NCBI GenBank assembly: GCA_963933835.1
Contig: CAWVVV010000002.1
Span: forward strand, 256,001 to 320,000
Direction: 5' to 3'
Origin: an uncultured Puniceicoccaceae bacterium
GTDB taxonomy: Bacteria; Verrucomicrobiota; Verrucomicrobiia; Opitutales; Oceanipulchritudinaceae
Length of the DNA stretch: 64,000 nucleotides
The notes below the pieces were generated by a model. That model was given only the letters and a program-made list of their open reading frames with translations. It searched no databases and was not told the origin of the DNA. Position numbers and translations under genes: made by a program. This document shows positions 1-10,899 of this stretch, in pieces. Every line of letters begins with the position of its first letter. Position 1 is the stretch's first letter.

Positions 1-75
1 GTAACCGGTGGATTCAACTTTCAGGCGGCGTGGACCACGGGTTGGCTCGCTGGGCATGCAATGGCTGAAGGCTGA
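1..75 (+). CDS. 3' end of HI0933/YhiN-family NAD(P)/FAD-dependent oxidoreductase (partial)
   Basis: Frame 1 reads VTGGFNFQAAWTTGWLAGHAMAEG*, the characteristic C-terminal motif of the family. Confidence 0.85.
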   Translation, partial: VTGGFNFQAAWTTGWLAGHAMAEG

Positions 76-120
76 GCCTTTTGCTTGCGGCGAATAATGG
101 GTGCTCCAACCTCAAGGCGG

Positions 121-674
121 ATGTCCAGCTGGCTGCAATTAGGCTTCAATCGGAGAGCGCGTCGTTGCGTTGCTTTCGCAGGGCTTTGCTTCGGCACGCT
201 TCTTCCGGCGCAGCGGGAACTCACCTTTGAGGCTCTTCTGCAGACAACCCTCACGGCCGCAAATGAGCAGCGCTTTGCTGAGGCCTTAAAAGGTTTTGAG
301 GAGCTCGAAAAAACATTTGGCCGCGAACCGGAGCAACGTTGGCCAAGGCGCTTGAGCAAGCGCATGGTGAAATGATTCGGCATCGGCTGGTTGTTCAGCG
401 TTACATCGAGAATACCCCCTCTCCGGAAATGGGGCTGTCGATCATTGATGACACTCAAGACAAGAGGGCGCTCTACTTTGCGCTGAAGTCGGGCCGGACG
501 CTCTTTCAAGATCGGATCGACTCCGGGCCTTGGGCACCTATTGCCAAACCTAAGCAGGTCTTTAATGGCTGGATGCCAGGTCCGTGGGATCGCTACGCGA
601 CGGTCTGGCGCTGCCTTTTTGAACCGCCATCAGACGAGTCAGCGAGTACTCGGATGGACTATTTCTTCTGGTAG
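121..674 (+). pseudogene. Disrupted exported protein: signal peptide plus TPR-like helix joined out of frame to a second coding segment
   Basis: ATG at 121, hydrophobic leader, then NEQRFAEALKGFEELEKTFGREPE; coding-like text continues in another frame from about 333 (ATLAKALEQAHGEM...MDYFFW*). Confidence 0.4.
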
Positions 675-678
675 TCGA

Positions 679-1149
679 CTAGTTGCAGTCGCCCAGATAA
701 GTTGTAGGCACGACGATATCATTTTCGGTGAAGAACGGCTTAATCACTGCCGGGAAAAAAGCGATGTTATCGATATTCGCGAGGTCTAGCCAAGCAACCC
801 CTATTTGTAGATTATCCGTCTCTGAACCTGAGCAAATCGCATGGGGGTCATCGATCTCGCAGCGAAAAACATGCTCGAGTTGGTGAAAGTTTTTATGCCG
901 CCGATTGAAGTCGTGATTCCTGCCGATGTATTCCCGCGCATACAGGAGCGGTCCGATTTTCACCTCAACACCGACCTCCTCTTTGCACTCGCGCACCAGT
1001 GTTTCGTGAAGGTTCTCACCGTGCTTTTGGCCGCCGCCGGGTAAGATGTAGTAAACGCCCCGCTTATCTTTCATTTTCACAGCCAGTAGCTTGCCGCCGC
1101 AAATGACGATGGCTCGGGCAGCAGTGCGAATGGAGCGGTGGGGTATCAT
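679..1149 (-). CDS. NUDIX hydrolase
   Basis: Nudix box GGGQKHGENLHETLVRECKEEVG. Confidence 0.9.
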   Translation of the reverse strand: MIPHRSIRTAARAIVICGGKLLAVKMKDKRGVYYILPGGGQKHGENLHETLVRECKEEVGVEVKIGPLLYAREYIGRNHDFNRRHKNFHQLEHVFRCEIDDPHAICSGSETDNLQIGVAWLDLANIDNIAFFPAVIKPFFTENDIVVPTTYLGDCN

Positions 1150-1264
1150 ACGGAGTGCTTACAGTTTGAGTCCTTGCGCTGGGCGACAACTTTTTTCCGG
1201 CGAAGATCGAATCAATGTCTTCAGAGGATTGCCGCGAACGGATTTCACCTCTCTTTTTAACCGC

Positions 1265-1837
1265 GTGGCTGAATGGGAAAAACGATGGCAAGCAGGTGAC
1301 ACCGGTTGGGATCATGGCGAACCCTCGCCTCCGCTCTTGGAGTACCTCGCATCCAATTTGATCGATGGGCAGGTGCTTGTCCCCGGTTGTGGCTCCGGTC
1401 ATGATGTGCGAGCGCTGGCTCGCGGCGGCTCAGCTGTTCTAGGATTGGATATTGCGCCGTCCGCTCTCACCAAGGCGCACCGCTTTCCACCTGTGGGCAA
1501 AGAACGCTACGAGCTCGGCAACTGGCTAAAGCCTGACCCTGAGTTAAAAGAGCGCTTCGACTGGGTCGTCGAGCACACCTGCTTCTGTGCGCTCGAACCA
1601 TCTGCCCGCGCAGAATACGTCGCGTCCGTTGATTTTGCCCTGCGGCCGGGCGGTCAATTTCTAGGGATCTTTTACCTCCGACCCAGAGCAGAGAACGGTC
1701 CGCCCTTCGGCGTCAAAGCAACCGAGCTTGATGCGTTTTTCAGCCGTTTTGAACTCAAACGACAATGGACGCCATCAAGAGCCTACCCCGGCCGCGAAGG
1801 CCGCGAGCAGATGCGGGCGTATTACAAGTCGGCTTGA
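1265..1837 (+). CDS. Thiopurine S-methyltransferase (TPMT)-family SAM methyltransferase
   Basis: WEKRWQAGDTGWD, VLVPGCGSGHD, EHTCFCAL, GPPFG motifs; GTG start at 1265 inferred (ORF open from 1091). Confidence 0.88.
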   Translation: MAEWEKRWQAGDTGWDHGEPSPPLLEYLASNLIDGQVLVPGCGSGHDVRALARGGSAVLGLDIAPSALTKAHRFPPVGKERYELGNWLKPDPELKERFDWVVEHTCFCALEPSARAEYVASVDFALRPGGQFLGIFYLRPRAENGPPFGVKATELDAFFSRFELKRQWTPSRAYPGREGREQMRAYYKSA

Positions 1838-2685
1838 TCCGTGTCCGGCACTTGTTCGATCCGCACGAGTTCAGCCCAGAATTTACCGACGGCGACGGCG
1901 CTTTCCATTCGAAGCGGGAGTTGTTGATCGTCATCTGAGAACCAGAAGCGGATGGAGGCATCCTTGCTTTTGCGGAAGACGCCACCGAGGTCTTTTATAT
2001 TGGGTTCGAGGAGGATGGCATCGCGGCGCCCGATCTTAAACTTGCGGCGCTTTTTTTCGACGACGTCGACTTCAGTGAGGAACAGTTCTTTTCCGTTGGT
2101 CGTCGGGATGATGAGTTCTTGTCCGATTTCTAGAGGGAGGCTGCGCACGTAGTAGGTGATGCTCATCGGATCCCAGATACTGTCGGTCACAGGGATAGGT
2201 CCGAGGATGTCTCCGCTGCGAAGATTTTCGTAGGTGGCGGTATGATTCTCTGGGTCGAGGTGGATGATGGTGTCGCGCTCCCGTTTGCCTTCACGTTGCT
2301 CAGATTTGTAGGCGAGCGATTGCGACATGTCGGGTAGTATCCAAGTGGTGGACCGATTCCTCACTTTATAAAAGGCATCGGCAAACGAGTTGGTCTTGGC
2401 CTCGAGCTCCATCTTGAGAACAGGAACGCCTTCGTAGGTGTCCTCAGTGAGCGAGAGGACGGCTTCACCAACGTCGAAAAAGCTCCAGCCGATTTTGTAG
2501 ACGAGGCGTTCGCCTACCTTGAGCGGCAGCAGGGTATCGGCAGGGGAATGGGTGATCCTTGCTCGATCCTCGGCGCTCAAGTCCTCGGCCGTGAAAGGCG
2601 CGTCGGGCTCGTTGCCAAAGACAGAGCCTGCCAGCACGAAGGCTAGCAGGCTCAGGAAAAACGGAATTGTTCGACGAGGCGTCAT
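1822..2685 (-). CDS. DUF3108-like exported protein
   Basis: Signal peptide; GERLVYKIGW, FYKVR, DPMSITYYVR, WFSDDDQQLP pattern. Confidence 0.75.
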   Translation of the reverse strand: MTPRRTIPFFLSLLAFVLAGSVFGNEPDAPFTAEDLSAEDRARITHSPADTLLPLKVGERLVYKIGWSFFDVGEAVLSLTEDTYEGVPVLKMELEAKTNSFADAFYKVRNRSTTWILPDMSQSLAYKSEQREGKRERDTIIHLDPENHTATYENLRSGDILGPIPVTDSIWDPMSITYYVRSLPLEIGQELIIPTTNGKELFLTEVDVVEKKRRKFKIGRRDAILLEPNIKDLGGVFRKSKDASIRFWFSDDDQQLPLRMESAVAVGKFWAELVRIEQVPDTDQADL

Positions 2686-2696
2686 GCCTCTAAGAG

Positions 2697-5231
2697 TTAA
2701 TCAATCTTAACAGCGTTCAAATCCCAAATCTCTTTGGCGTATTCGCTGATTGTCCGATCGGAGGAGAATTTACCGACACGGGCCGAGTTATGGATCGCCA
2801 TTTTAGCCCAGCGCTTCTTGTCGCGGTAGGCCTTGTCGATCGCTTCGTGTGCCTCGACATAGCTCCAGAAATCGGCGAGCAGCATGTAAGGATCACCGCC
2901 CTGTAGGAGGGAGCTCTTGATTGGCAGGAGAGCCTGTGGGTCTTCAGGTGTGAAGAAGGCTGAACCGATCCAGTCAACGATGGCACGAAGCTCTTCGCTC
3001 TTGTAGTATTCGTCGTAGGGATTGTAGCCGACAGCATTGCGTGCTTCGACCTCTTCGACGGTCATGCCAAAGATGAAGATGTTCTCGTCACCGACCTCTT
3101 CTTTGATCTCCACATTGGCGCCGTCGAGGGTGCCAACAGTGAGTGCACCGTTGAGGGCAAACTTCATGTTCCCGGTGCCACTGGCTTCTTTACCTGCGGT
3201 CGAGATTTGCTCGCTCACGTCGGTTGCTGGAATCATGCGCTCAGCAAGTGTAACGCGGTAGTTTGGCAAGAAGACGACTTTGATGCGGTCGCGCACGCGT
3301 GGGTCATTGTTGACCTTAGCGGCCACGGCGTTGATCGCGTGGATGATTTTCTTCGCCAGCCAATAGCCAGGAGCGGCCTTTGCACCAAAGACGAAGACGC
3401 GCGGCACCATGTCCAGATCTGGCTCGTGGAGGATGCGGCGGTAGAGGTAGAGAATGTGCAGCAGGTTCAAGTGCTGACGCTTGTATTCGTGCAAGCGCTT
3501 GATCTGCACATCGAAGATCGCATCCGGGCTGACCGTGACGCCGACTTCATCGAGAATGATTTTAGCGAGGCGAACTTTGTTCTCCCGCTTGATTGCCATG
3601 AAGCGCTTTTGGAAGGCCGCATTGTCAGCGAACTTGTCGAGCTTTTGGAGGCGATCGAGATCGTTCTGCCAGCCATCACCGATCGTCTCGGTGAACAAAT
3701 CAGCGAGTGGTGGGTTACAGGCCAAGAGCCAGCGACGCGGCGTGATGCCGTTGGTCTTGTTCTGGATTTTGCCTGGGTAAAGGTCGTCGAAATCCTTGAA
3801 GAGATTCTCGCGCAGGAGACGGGTGTGCAGGGCAGCGACACCATTCACGGCGCTCGAGCCGACGACACTGAGGTGTGCCATGCGGATCATCTTCGGGTTG
3901 CCTTCCTCGATGAGGGAAAGGGCGGCCTTCTTGCTGTCGTCTCCCGGCCATTTCTTTTCGACCTCGTCTTCGAGGAAACGGCGATTGAGTTCGAAGATAA
4001 CCTGAAGGTGGCGCGGGAGAACCTTTTGGAAGAGAGCGACACTCCACTTCTCGAGCGCTTCGGGCAGGAGCGTGTGGTTGGTGTAGTTGCAGACTTCGCG
4101 GGTGATCTTCCAAGCTTGATCCCATTCGATGCCTTCCTCGTCGACGAGGAGGCGCATGAGTTCGGCAATCGTGATCGCCGGGTGGGTGTCGTTGAGCTGG
4201 AGGACGTTCTTGTCGGCAAATTTGCTCCAGTCTCCGTCGTTTTTTGAGCGCCAGCGGCGGATGATGTCCTGAAGCGAGCAGCTTACGAAGAAGTATTGCT
4301 GAACGAGGCGAAGCTCTTTGCCCGACTCCGAAGAATCATTCGGGTAGAGCACCTTGGAGACGGTCTCAGCAATCGCTTTTTCGCGCACCGCTTCGACATA
4401 GCCACCTTCGTTGAAGACCTGGAGGTCAAAGTCTTCCGAAGCGCTCGATTCCCAGAGGCGAAGGAAGTTAACCGTGCCCGCACCGTAACCACAGATCGGA
4501 ATATCGTAAGGCTGACCAATGATCTCAGTCGTATTGACCCAGGTAGGGCTCGGGTCGCCGACTTTGTTGAAAGTCATTTCGACGTTACCGTAAAGACGGA
4601 CGCGTTGGCAGTATTCTGGGCGAACGATCTGCCATGGACTGCCAAACTTGCGCCAAGCATCCGGGTGCTCGGTTTGCTGACCATCGACGAACTCCTGCTG
4701 GAAAATACCAAACTCGTAGTAGATCCCGTAGCCGATCGCTGGGAGATCAAGCGTCGCGAGCGAATCTAGGAAACAAGCGGCAAGGCGCCCGAGGCCACCA
4801 TTGCCGAGGCCCATGTCTTCTTCTTCTTTGCAGAGCTCGTCGTAATCGAGGTCGAGTTCTTTCAATGCACCGGAGGCAGAATCGAAGAGGCCTGAATTAC
4901 AGATATTGTTCACGAGCATGCGGCCCATGAGGTATTCGAGGCTCAGATAGTAGACGCGACGAACGTTCTCTTCGTGGTGCGTCTCCATCGTTTTGATGAA
5001 GCGCTTGAGCACGCGGTCATGTACCGCACGGCTGAGAGCAATCCACCAGTCACGCTGGGTAGCGGAGGCTCGATCACGGGCGAGGGTGAACTTCAAGTGG
5101 TTGAGGATCGAGTCCTTCATTCCGTCAACCGTATCGGTGACATCAAAGGCGAATCCAGGATGGGTGAGCTTCGTGTCTGCAGCCGGGTTTTTGGCGGCAG
5201 TTTTCTTCCGAGTCGTTTTCTTGGTCGGCAT
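2697..5231 (-). CDS. glgP: Glycogen/starch/alpha-glucan phosphorylase
   Basis: [36 protein letters not shown] site [10 protein letters not shown]. Confidence 0.98.
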   Translation of the reverse strand: MPTKKTTRKKTAAKNPAADTKLTHPGFAFDVTDTVDGMKDSILNHLKFTLARDRASATQRDWWIALSRAVHDRVLKRFIKTMETHHEENVRRVYYLSLEYLMGRMLVNNICNSGLFDSASGALKELDLDYDELCKEEEDMGLGNGGLGRLAACFLDSLATLDLPAIGYGIYYEFGIFQQEFVDGQQTEHPDAWRKFGSPWQIVRPEYCQRVRLYGNVEMTFNKVGDPSPTWVNTTEIIGQPYDIPICGYGAGTVNFLRLWESSASEDFDLQVFNEGGYVEAVREKAIAETVSKVLYPNDSSESGKELRLVQQYFFVSCSLQDIIRRWRSKNDGDWSKFADKNVLQLNDTHPAITIAELMRLLVDEEGIEWDQAWKITREVCNYTNHTLLPEALEKWSVALFQKVLPRHLQVIFELNRRFLEDEVEKKWPGDDSKKAALSLIEEGNPKMIRMAHLSVVGSSAVNGVAALHTRLLRENLFKDFDDLYPGKIQNKTNGITPRRWLLACNPPLADLFTETIGDGWQNDLDRLQKLDKFADNAAFQKRFMAIKRENKVRLAKIILDEVGVTVSPDAIFDVQIKRLHEYKRQHLNLLHILYLYRRILHEPDLDMVPRVFVFGAKAAPGYWLAKKIIHAINAVAAKVNNDPRVRDRIKVVFLPNYRVTLAERMIPATDVSEQISTAGKEASGTGNMKFALNGALTVGTLDGANVEIKEEVGDENIFIFGMTVEEVEARNAVGYNPYDEYYKSEELRAIVDWIGSAFFTPEDPQALLPIKSSLLQGGDPYMLLADFWSYVEAHEAIDKAYRDKKRWAKMAIHNSARVGKFSSDRTISEYAKEIWDLNAVKID

Positions 5232-5455
5232 AATAGAAAAGTCAGATTTGTTTTTTTCGCAGAGCAGTTGGCTCCAGCATTAAAAAGAATCGCACAGATG
5301 AGCCGATCCTTGAGTAAGTTTCAAGAATAGTCGGTCTTTGAGGCCCGTTTTGAATGCATAATTGGGGCCGAATCATTATTTACCCGGTTTTCTTTGGGAT
5401 TATGGCCCAAAAACGGACGCTTCGGCTTACACAAGGCAGAGCCCGCCCAGGATCC

Positions 5456-7261
5456 TCAAAGCCCGAGGCGGCGTTCCCACTCTTTTCTCGAAAGCTCAAA
5501 GAAGGTCGGTCGACCACGTGGGTCGGAGAGGGGTTGCTCACAGCGTAATAGGCGTTGAGCGAGGGCTTCGACGTGCTGAGTGTCCCAGTTTTCACTACGT
5601 TGACTTAGCTTGCGTGCGGCGAGCTGGGCAATCGTTTTGCGGACTGAGTCATCTTCGCTTTGGCGTAGCCCGCGTTCGGCGATCTCGGGGACGAGGTCGC
5701 GCACGAAATCCGTCGCACCTTCGGGGGTAAAAGCCTGAGGGGTAGCGCTGAGCCGGTAGAAGTTCCGACCGAAGGGCTCGATCGTGAACCCCATCGACCT
5801 AAAGAGGCTGAGGTTGCTCTCAAGGGTCTCCGATCTGATCGGATCAAACTCAAGGCTAGCTGGAAAGAGGAGTGTTTGCACTGGCTTATCAGCGCTGTCC
5901 CACTGCTTGAGAAACTCCTCGAAATGGATACGCTCCTGTGCTGCCTGCAGGTTGAGGAGGATGAGGCCCTCGTTGCTCTCGAAGAGCGCGAGTCGCTTTT
6001 GCACGAGGTTGAGAAAGGTCCAGCTGAGGGCTTGTTGTTTTTGTGGCGCTGGTGCGGGAGGCGGTGTTGCTTTTTGCAGCGGTGGTGTGGCTGCGGGCGT
6101 GCTTGCCAGAGAGGGTGCTGGCTTGATCGCTTGAGGCGGCTTGACCGTGGTATTCTGCGCTGGGCGAGATGGAGGCGGTGCGGGGAGGTGAGCGCGCGAT
6201 TGCGTCGAAAGGGGCCGTGCATCGGTGACAGGGACAGCCTGCCGAATGACGTTTTCACTCTCGGCTTTGAGGGTCGCAAGGAGGGCTTCCATGACGGCGC
6301 TGCGGACCTTGGCATCATCGCGAAAGCGCACTTCACGCTTCGTCGGGTGGACGTTTACATCGACGGCATCCGAGGGGAGTTCGATGAAGAGAAAGCAGGC
6401 CGGGTAGCGGCCTTTGGGGATGAAGGTGTGGTAGCTTTCAATCAGCGCATATTGCAAGGTGCGGCTTTCGACCGGGCGCCGATTGACGAACGTGAAAAGC
6501 TCGGCGCGGGTAGAGCGGCCTTTGCCGGGGTGGGCGACCAGACCCGAAACGGCGATGCCGCCGCTCGCTGCATCGGGCTCGAAAGGAGGGAGCGGCGTGA
6601 GGTCAGCGGCGAGTTGTTTGCCGAAGACTTCGCGGACGCGGGTGAGGCTGTCCTTTGCCTGCGCGGCGCGAAAGCGCACTTGGCCATCTTCGAGCAGGGT
6701 GAAGCTGATTTCCGGGTGGGCGACGGCGAAGAGGCGGCAGAGGAGCGTAATGTGCGCTGCTTCAGTACGGTCGGTTTTAAGGAATTTACGCCGCACCGGT
6801 ACACTGTGAAAGAGGCGGGAAACCTCGACTGTTGTGCCAGGCGCGATGCCGCAGGCTTTAGCCTCGGGTGGACGGCTTCCGTCGGTCGTGATTTCGACGC
6901 CTTCCTCTGCGTCGGCCTCGCGGGTGCGGAGGCTGAACCGGCTGACGCTGGCGATACTCGGGAGGGCCTCGCCGCGAAACCCAAAGCTGTTCAGGGTGAG
7001 TAAGTCCGTCGCCTCGCTGAGCTTGCTCGTGGCGTGGCGCTTGAGCGACATGAGGGCATTGGCCTCATCCATTCCGCAGCCATCGTCGGTAACACGGAGG
7101 TAGCTTTTCCCACCGTGTCGGAATTCGATTTCGATGTGATCGGCGCCCGCATCGAGGGCATTCTCGACGAGCTCTTTGACGACGGCAGCAGGGCGCTCGA
7201 CGACTTCGCCGGCTGCAATCTGGTTAGCGACGCGTTCGCTGAGCTGTTGAATCCGAGGCAT
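5456..7261 (-). CDS. mutL: DNA mismatch repair protein MutL
   Basis: IAAGEVVERPAAVVKELVENALDAG, GFRGEALPSI, DVNVHPTKREVRF, C-terminal PRGRPT. Confidence 0.97.
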   Translation of the reverse strand: MPRIQQLSERVANQIAAGEVVERPAAVVKELVENALDAGADHIEIEFRHGGKSYLRVTDDGCGMDEANALMSLKRHATSKLSEATDLLTLNSFGFRGEALPSIASVSRFSLRTREADAEEGVEITTDGSRPPEAKACGIAPGTTVEVSRLFHSVPVRRKFLKTDRTEAAHITLLCRLFAVAHPEISFTLLEDGQVRFRAAQAKDSLTRVREVFGKQLAADLTPLPPFEPDAASGGIAVSGLVAHPGKGRSTRAELFTFVNRRPVESRTLQYALIESYHTFIPKGRYPACFLFIELPSDAVDVNVHPTKREVRFRDDAKVRSAVMEALLATLKAESENVIRQAVPVTDARPLSTQSRAHLPAPPPSRPAQNTTVKPPQAIKPAPSLASTPAATPPLQKATPPPAPAPQKQQALSWTFLNLVQKRLALFESNEGLILLNLQAAQERIHFEEFLKQWDSADKPVQTLLFPASLEFDPIRSETLESNLSLFRSMGFTIEPFGRNFYRLSATPQAFTPEGATDFVRDLVPEIAERGLRQSEDDSVRKTIAQLAARKLSQRSENWDTQHVEALAQRLLRCEQPLSDPRGRPTFFELSRKEWERRLGL

Positions 7262-7320
7262 CGACTAGAAATGTGCAGGGTCTGAGGCGGGGAAGAAAGC
7301 CTGAACTGCTTCGCCGCTCG

Positions 7321-9600
7321 CTATCCGCGTGCGTCTGCGAAAGGCGTGTGGAGGCGGCGGTAGGTGCGGATGAGCGCCTGAACGTCTTCCGGTGTTTTAG
7401 CGCTGCGTAGTTGTTCGCGTACCGAGGGGTCTTTCATCAGCCGGGCGATCTCACCGAGGATGGCGAGGTGCAGCTCCGGTTGATCGGACGGACTGAGGAG
7501 GAGAAAGGCGATGTTGATCGGGTCGCCGTCTTCGGCGTCGAAATCGAGCGGTGGATCAATTTGGGCGATGGCGCAGACGGGGGTTTCAAGGCCGTCGATG
7601 TGTGCGTGCGGAAGGGCGACACCATGACCGAGGGCGCTCGGCACCGCTGCGTCACGTTGGACGATGCGGGCGACGATGTCTTCTTGGCTAAGCTCGGGAA
7701 AGAATGCCGTGAGGGTGTGGGTCAGCTCGTGGAAGAGTTCACTGCGGTCTTGGGCTTTCGAGCGGAAAATCCACTTCGCGTCGAGGGCGGCGAGGAGGTA
7801 GTCAGCCTCGCGCTGGAGATAGAGGGTTTTCGCCTCACTCTTCGCATCCTTGAGTTTCGAATTTTGGCCGGGGTCGATGAGGACTTCTTTTGCGTTAGCG
7901 GTAAGGAGGGCGGCGAGGCCACTGGGGTTGTTCATCCGCTGGCCTTCGAACTCAACCATCGCAGCTTCACCGAGAAGAAGTTCCGAGCTGACCATCGAGG
8001 GCTTTGGCATCCACGCCCAGAGGATGGTTCCTGTAGCGGTTTTGTCGGAGGTTGCATTGGCTGCCCAGCGGTGCACGCGGCCCTTTCCAAAGGTGGGCTC
8101 CCACTTTTTGCACAGAAGTTCGTTGAGGTCTTCGTTATCGGTGAAAGCAAGGAGGCGGCCGATGCCTTGAAGCTCGTCGCGGTCGAGCAAATCGTCGATC
8201 TCTCTCGCGTCACCAAAGATCGCCGTTTCGCCGGTCTCTTTCGCTTCTTTGACGGCGCCGCGGTTGCCGTCGATGAGGACAACGGGCACGCCACGAGTTT
8301 CGCGTAGGAAGCGCGCGACTTCTCGCCCGACGTGGTGGGCACCGACGATGAGCCAGCCCTCGGGCTCTTTCGCGCGGACCTTGAGCAGGCTTGCCAGGGG
8401 CCCAGCACTCAGTCCCTGAAGCACTACTGTGACGGAAATGACGGTGTAGACAAAAGCCTCGAGAAAGGCCGGATCTCCGCTCGCGCTATCTTGCATGCGG
8501 AGGGCAAAAAGAGATGCCATCGAGGCGGCGACAACGCCGCGTGGCGCGAACCAGCCAAGAAAAACACGCTCTTGTATAGAGAGTTCACTGCCGGAGGTGC
8601 AGGCGCTCACAGCCATCGGACGAACGATCAAGATAACGATCGCAACAAGGATGAAGCCCTGGGCTCCGAACTCGGCAAATTGCGCGAGCTCTAGTCGGGC
8701 AGTGAGAAGGAGAAAGACAAAGCCGATGAGCAAATCGACGATAGTGCTCTTAAACTCGACGATCGACTTCAGGTTTGGCGGTTGGCGTGAACCGATGATG
8801 AGACCAGCGACGGTAACGCCGAGCAGTCCACCTTCTGCTACAAAGCTTTCGGTCGTGGCGAAAACAACGACGGCTACGCCGACCATGAAGATGTTCAGCA
8901 TCTCGTCGGAGATTAATTTCCGCTTGAGGAGGAAGCAGGTCAGCTCGCCTCCGATGACTCCGATGACGAGGCCGGAAACGACACGCATTCCGAGGTTGAG
9001 AAGAGCTGCTTCGCCACCACCGATGATGGCCCATTCAAAAGCGAGGACAGCGAGGAAGACTCCGATCGGATCGATCAGGACGCCTTCCCGGTGGAGTGTA
9101 TGGTGGAGGTTCCAGCTCAGTCGGGTCCTTTTCAGGATCGGCTGGATGACGGTCGGGCCGGTGACGATGACGAGGCTACCCGCGAGGAGGCAGAATGAAG
9201 CGTCAAAATCGTAGAGGAGGAAAATGGCGCCAGCGGTGCCAATCCACGTCACGATAACACCGAACGAAAGCAGTCGGCGAATGACGGATCCCGCCGTTCG
9301 ATAGCCATCGAGGTTGAGCGTTAAACCGCCTTCAAAAAGGATCAGTCCGACGGCGAGGGAGACGAGGATGTTGAGGGTTGGGCCGAGCTCCCCCGGCTGA
9401 ATGATATTTATGCCCTCCGGCCCGAGGAGAACGCCGCCAAAGAGGAGTAAAATGATCCCTGGGATGTGGAGCTTCTTCGCGATGATGGTCAGAAAGGCGC
9501 CGCCACCGAGAGCCAGGGCAAGCGTCGTCAGCACGGTGCTCCCGTGAGCGGAGCCACTGGCGAGAAGTGTCAGCGGCGAGAGAGCGTCATCCATTCCCAT
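7321..9600 (-). CDS. CPA1/NhaP cation:proton antiporter fused to RCK(TrkA-N)-like and PTS EIIA domains
   Basis: Multi-TM N-terminus with ILFEGGL, TGPTVI, PRGVVAAS; LIVGAHHVG Rossmann segment; C-terminal GHGVALPHA EIIA motif. Confidence 0.9.
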   Translation of the reverse strand: MGMDDALSPLTLLASGSAHGSTVLTTLALALGGGAFLTIIAKKLHIPGIILLLFGGVLLGPEGINIIQPGELGPTLNILVSLAVGLILFEGGLTLNLDGYRTAGSVIRRLLSFGVIVTWIGTAGAIFLLYDFDASFCLLAGSLVIVTGPTVIQPILKRTRLSWNLHHTLHREGVLIDPIGVFLAVLAFEWAIIGGGEAALLNLGMRVVSGLVIGVIGGELTCFLLKRKLISDEMLNIFMVGVAVVVFATTESFVAEGGLLGVTVAGLIIGSRQPPNLKSIVEFKSTIVDLLIGFVFLLLTARLELAQFAEFGAQGFILVAIVILIVRPMAVSACTSGSELSIQERVFLGWFAPRGVVAASMASLFALRMQDSASGDPAFLEAFVYTVISVTVVLQGLSAGPLASLLKVRAKEPEGWLIVGAHHVGREVARFLRETRGVPVVLIDGNRGAVKEAKETGETAIFGDAREIDDLLDRDELQGIGRLLAFTDNEDLNELLCKKWEPTFGKGRVHRWAANATSDKTATGTILWAWMPKPSMVSSELLLGEAAMVEFEGQRMNNPSGLAALLTANAKEVLIDPGQNSKLKDAKSEAKTLYLQREADYLLAALDAKWIFRSKAQDRSELFHELTHTLTAFFPELSQEDIVARIVQRDAAVPSALGHGVALPHAHIDGLETPVCAIAQIDPPLDFDAEDGDPINIAFLLLSPSDQPELHLAILGEIARLMKDPSVREQLRSAKTPEDVQALIRTYRRLHTPFADARG

Positions 9601-9709
9601 AGGCAGTTACCTAGGTCCGGTGCTCAATCCATGGCGAGGGCAAAGGCCGAGAATTTGACGGTAGCCTGATGACGAAATCAAGTGGTGGAGAAGAGACAGC
9701 ATGGCCCTT

Positions 9710-9756
9710 AAAAAAACAAAAATCCCCCGTCTCCAGATGAATTGGAAACGAGGGAT
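9710..9756 (-). terminator. Probable intrinsic terminator of the crystallin-domain genes
   Basis: Imperfect stem ATCCCCCGTCTCCA / TGGAAACGAGGGAT with an A-run on the left (U-tract on minus strand). Confidence 0.6.
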
Positions 9757-9816
9757 CGGTTGTTAGGTGTCGTTACGGTTCGGGGGCTTTGGGCCGCCCG
9801 GTTTGGTTAGGAGTTG

Positions 9817-10836
9817 TTATCGTGGTGGAGGAGCACTGCGGTTGTTGGATGAACGCTGAGGTGGTGGACTAGAGGGTGCACTGCGTGGATTGCTTCGGGC
9901 GGCGGGCTGGCGGGATTGTTTGGGCGCCCGTGCAGCAGGAGCTGAACTAGGAGCACGAGAGGCTGGCCGCGTCGCAGGCGGTGATTTACTTTCACGTGTC
10001 TGTGGACGAGCGCTTGGAGACTTCGTGGGCGCTGTGCGTGACGGTTGGCGTGTAGTGGGAGTTTCATTACGACTTGGCGGTCGAGCGGATGGGCTCTTGC
10101 CGCGTTTTGGTGGCACACTTTGTGGACGGTTGCGTGGAGCGCCCGGGGGCGTTGTGCGCGGAGGTGCATTGGGTGGGCGGCCTTTCGGCGTTACGCGTGG
10201 CGGGAGTCCTGGCGGTTGGCGGTAGGTGCGCGAGTGGGGTGGATGCGGAACTGCTTTTGGGCGTTCGTGATACCACTTTGGCCGTGGATGATGGTAGCGC
10301 TTGGGCTGAGGTATCCAGTAGTAGTGTGGGGTAATCGGGCGTCCGCAGAAGATGCGGGGGAGGATCCGGCCGGGTCCGATCTGGATACTGATCGAGACCT
10401 CCGGGTCGCGGTAGCTGACGAAAGCCGAGCGCGCGCGGTTGTGCCAGCAGAAGCTGCTGTAGTTGTTCAGGCGCATGCGGTAATCGCTCAGGTCCGGAAT
10501 GTCGCGGTAGACATCTAGCTGGTGTCCCCAGAGGCCAGTCTCGTCGAAGAGGACGGTGCTGACCGGACCAATCACTTCGATCGAGCGGACGCGAAAGACC
10601 CATTCGTAATGATCAAAATTATCGATTTGTTCGCCCGGGTAGAGAATGAGCGAGCGTCCGCGATAATGGCTTTGCTCGTAGAGAATGATGGCGGCCTCGA
10701 AGTCATTGTATTCGTAATCTGACCTCCATTTCAGTTCGAGGCGAAAGTCGTCAACAAGGCCTCCGGCATGGGCAGTGCCATGACCGAGGAGGGCAACAAG
10801 GCCGACGACGAGAGTTTGGGTGAGTTTTAAGTTCAT
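9817..10836 (-). CDS. Secreted beta/gamma-crystallin-domain protein with long Pro/Arg/Ser-rich disordered tail
   Basis: Signal peptide MNLKLTQTLVVGLVALLGHGTAHA; Greek-key motifs ILYEQSHYRGRS...RSIEV and VLFDETGLWGHQ...RSAFV. Confidence 0.75.
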   Translation of the reverse strand: MNLKLTQTLVVGLVALLGHGTAHAGGLVDDFRLELKWRSDYEYNDFEAAIILYEQSHYRGRSLILYPGEQIDNFDHYEWVFRVRSIEVIGPVSTVLFDETGLWGHQLDVYRDIPDLSDYRMRLNNYSSFCWHNRARSAFVSYRDPEVSISIQIGPGRILPRIFCGRPITPHYYWIPQPKRYHHPRPKWYHERPKAVPHPPHSRTYRQPPGLPPRVTPKGRPPNAPPRTTPPGAPRNRPQSVPPKRGKSPSARPPSRNETPTTRQPSRTAPTKSPSARPQTRESKSPPATRPASRAPSSAPAARAPKQSRQPAARSNPRSAPSSPPPQRSSNNRSAPPPR

Positions 10837-10899
10837 GTGGGTGTACTTTCTATTTGGATGGCGCAAAGGGCCATGGATGAGCTGCTGGTAGCGCTAAGC

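Noticed and set aside
3207..9214. Long antisense ORFs (e.g. 3207-4247, 5876-7003, 7411-8307, 8495-9214)
   Set aside because: Shadows of glgP, mutL and the antiporter caused by GC-rich codon bias; no recognisable motifs
9817..10300. Tandem repeat or CRISPR-like array in the Pro/Arg-rich region
   Set aside because: Low complexity at protein level only; no fixed-length DNA repeat with spacers anywhere in the window
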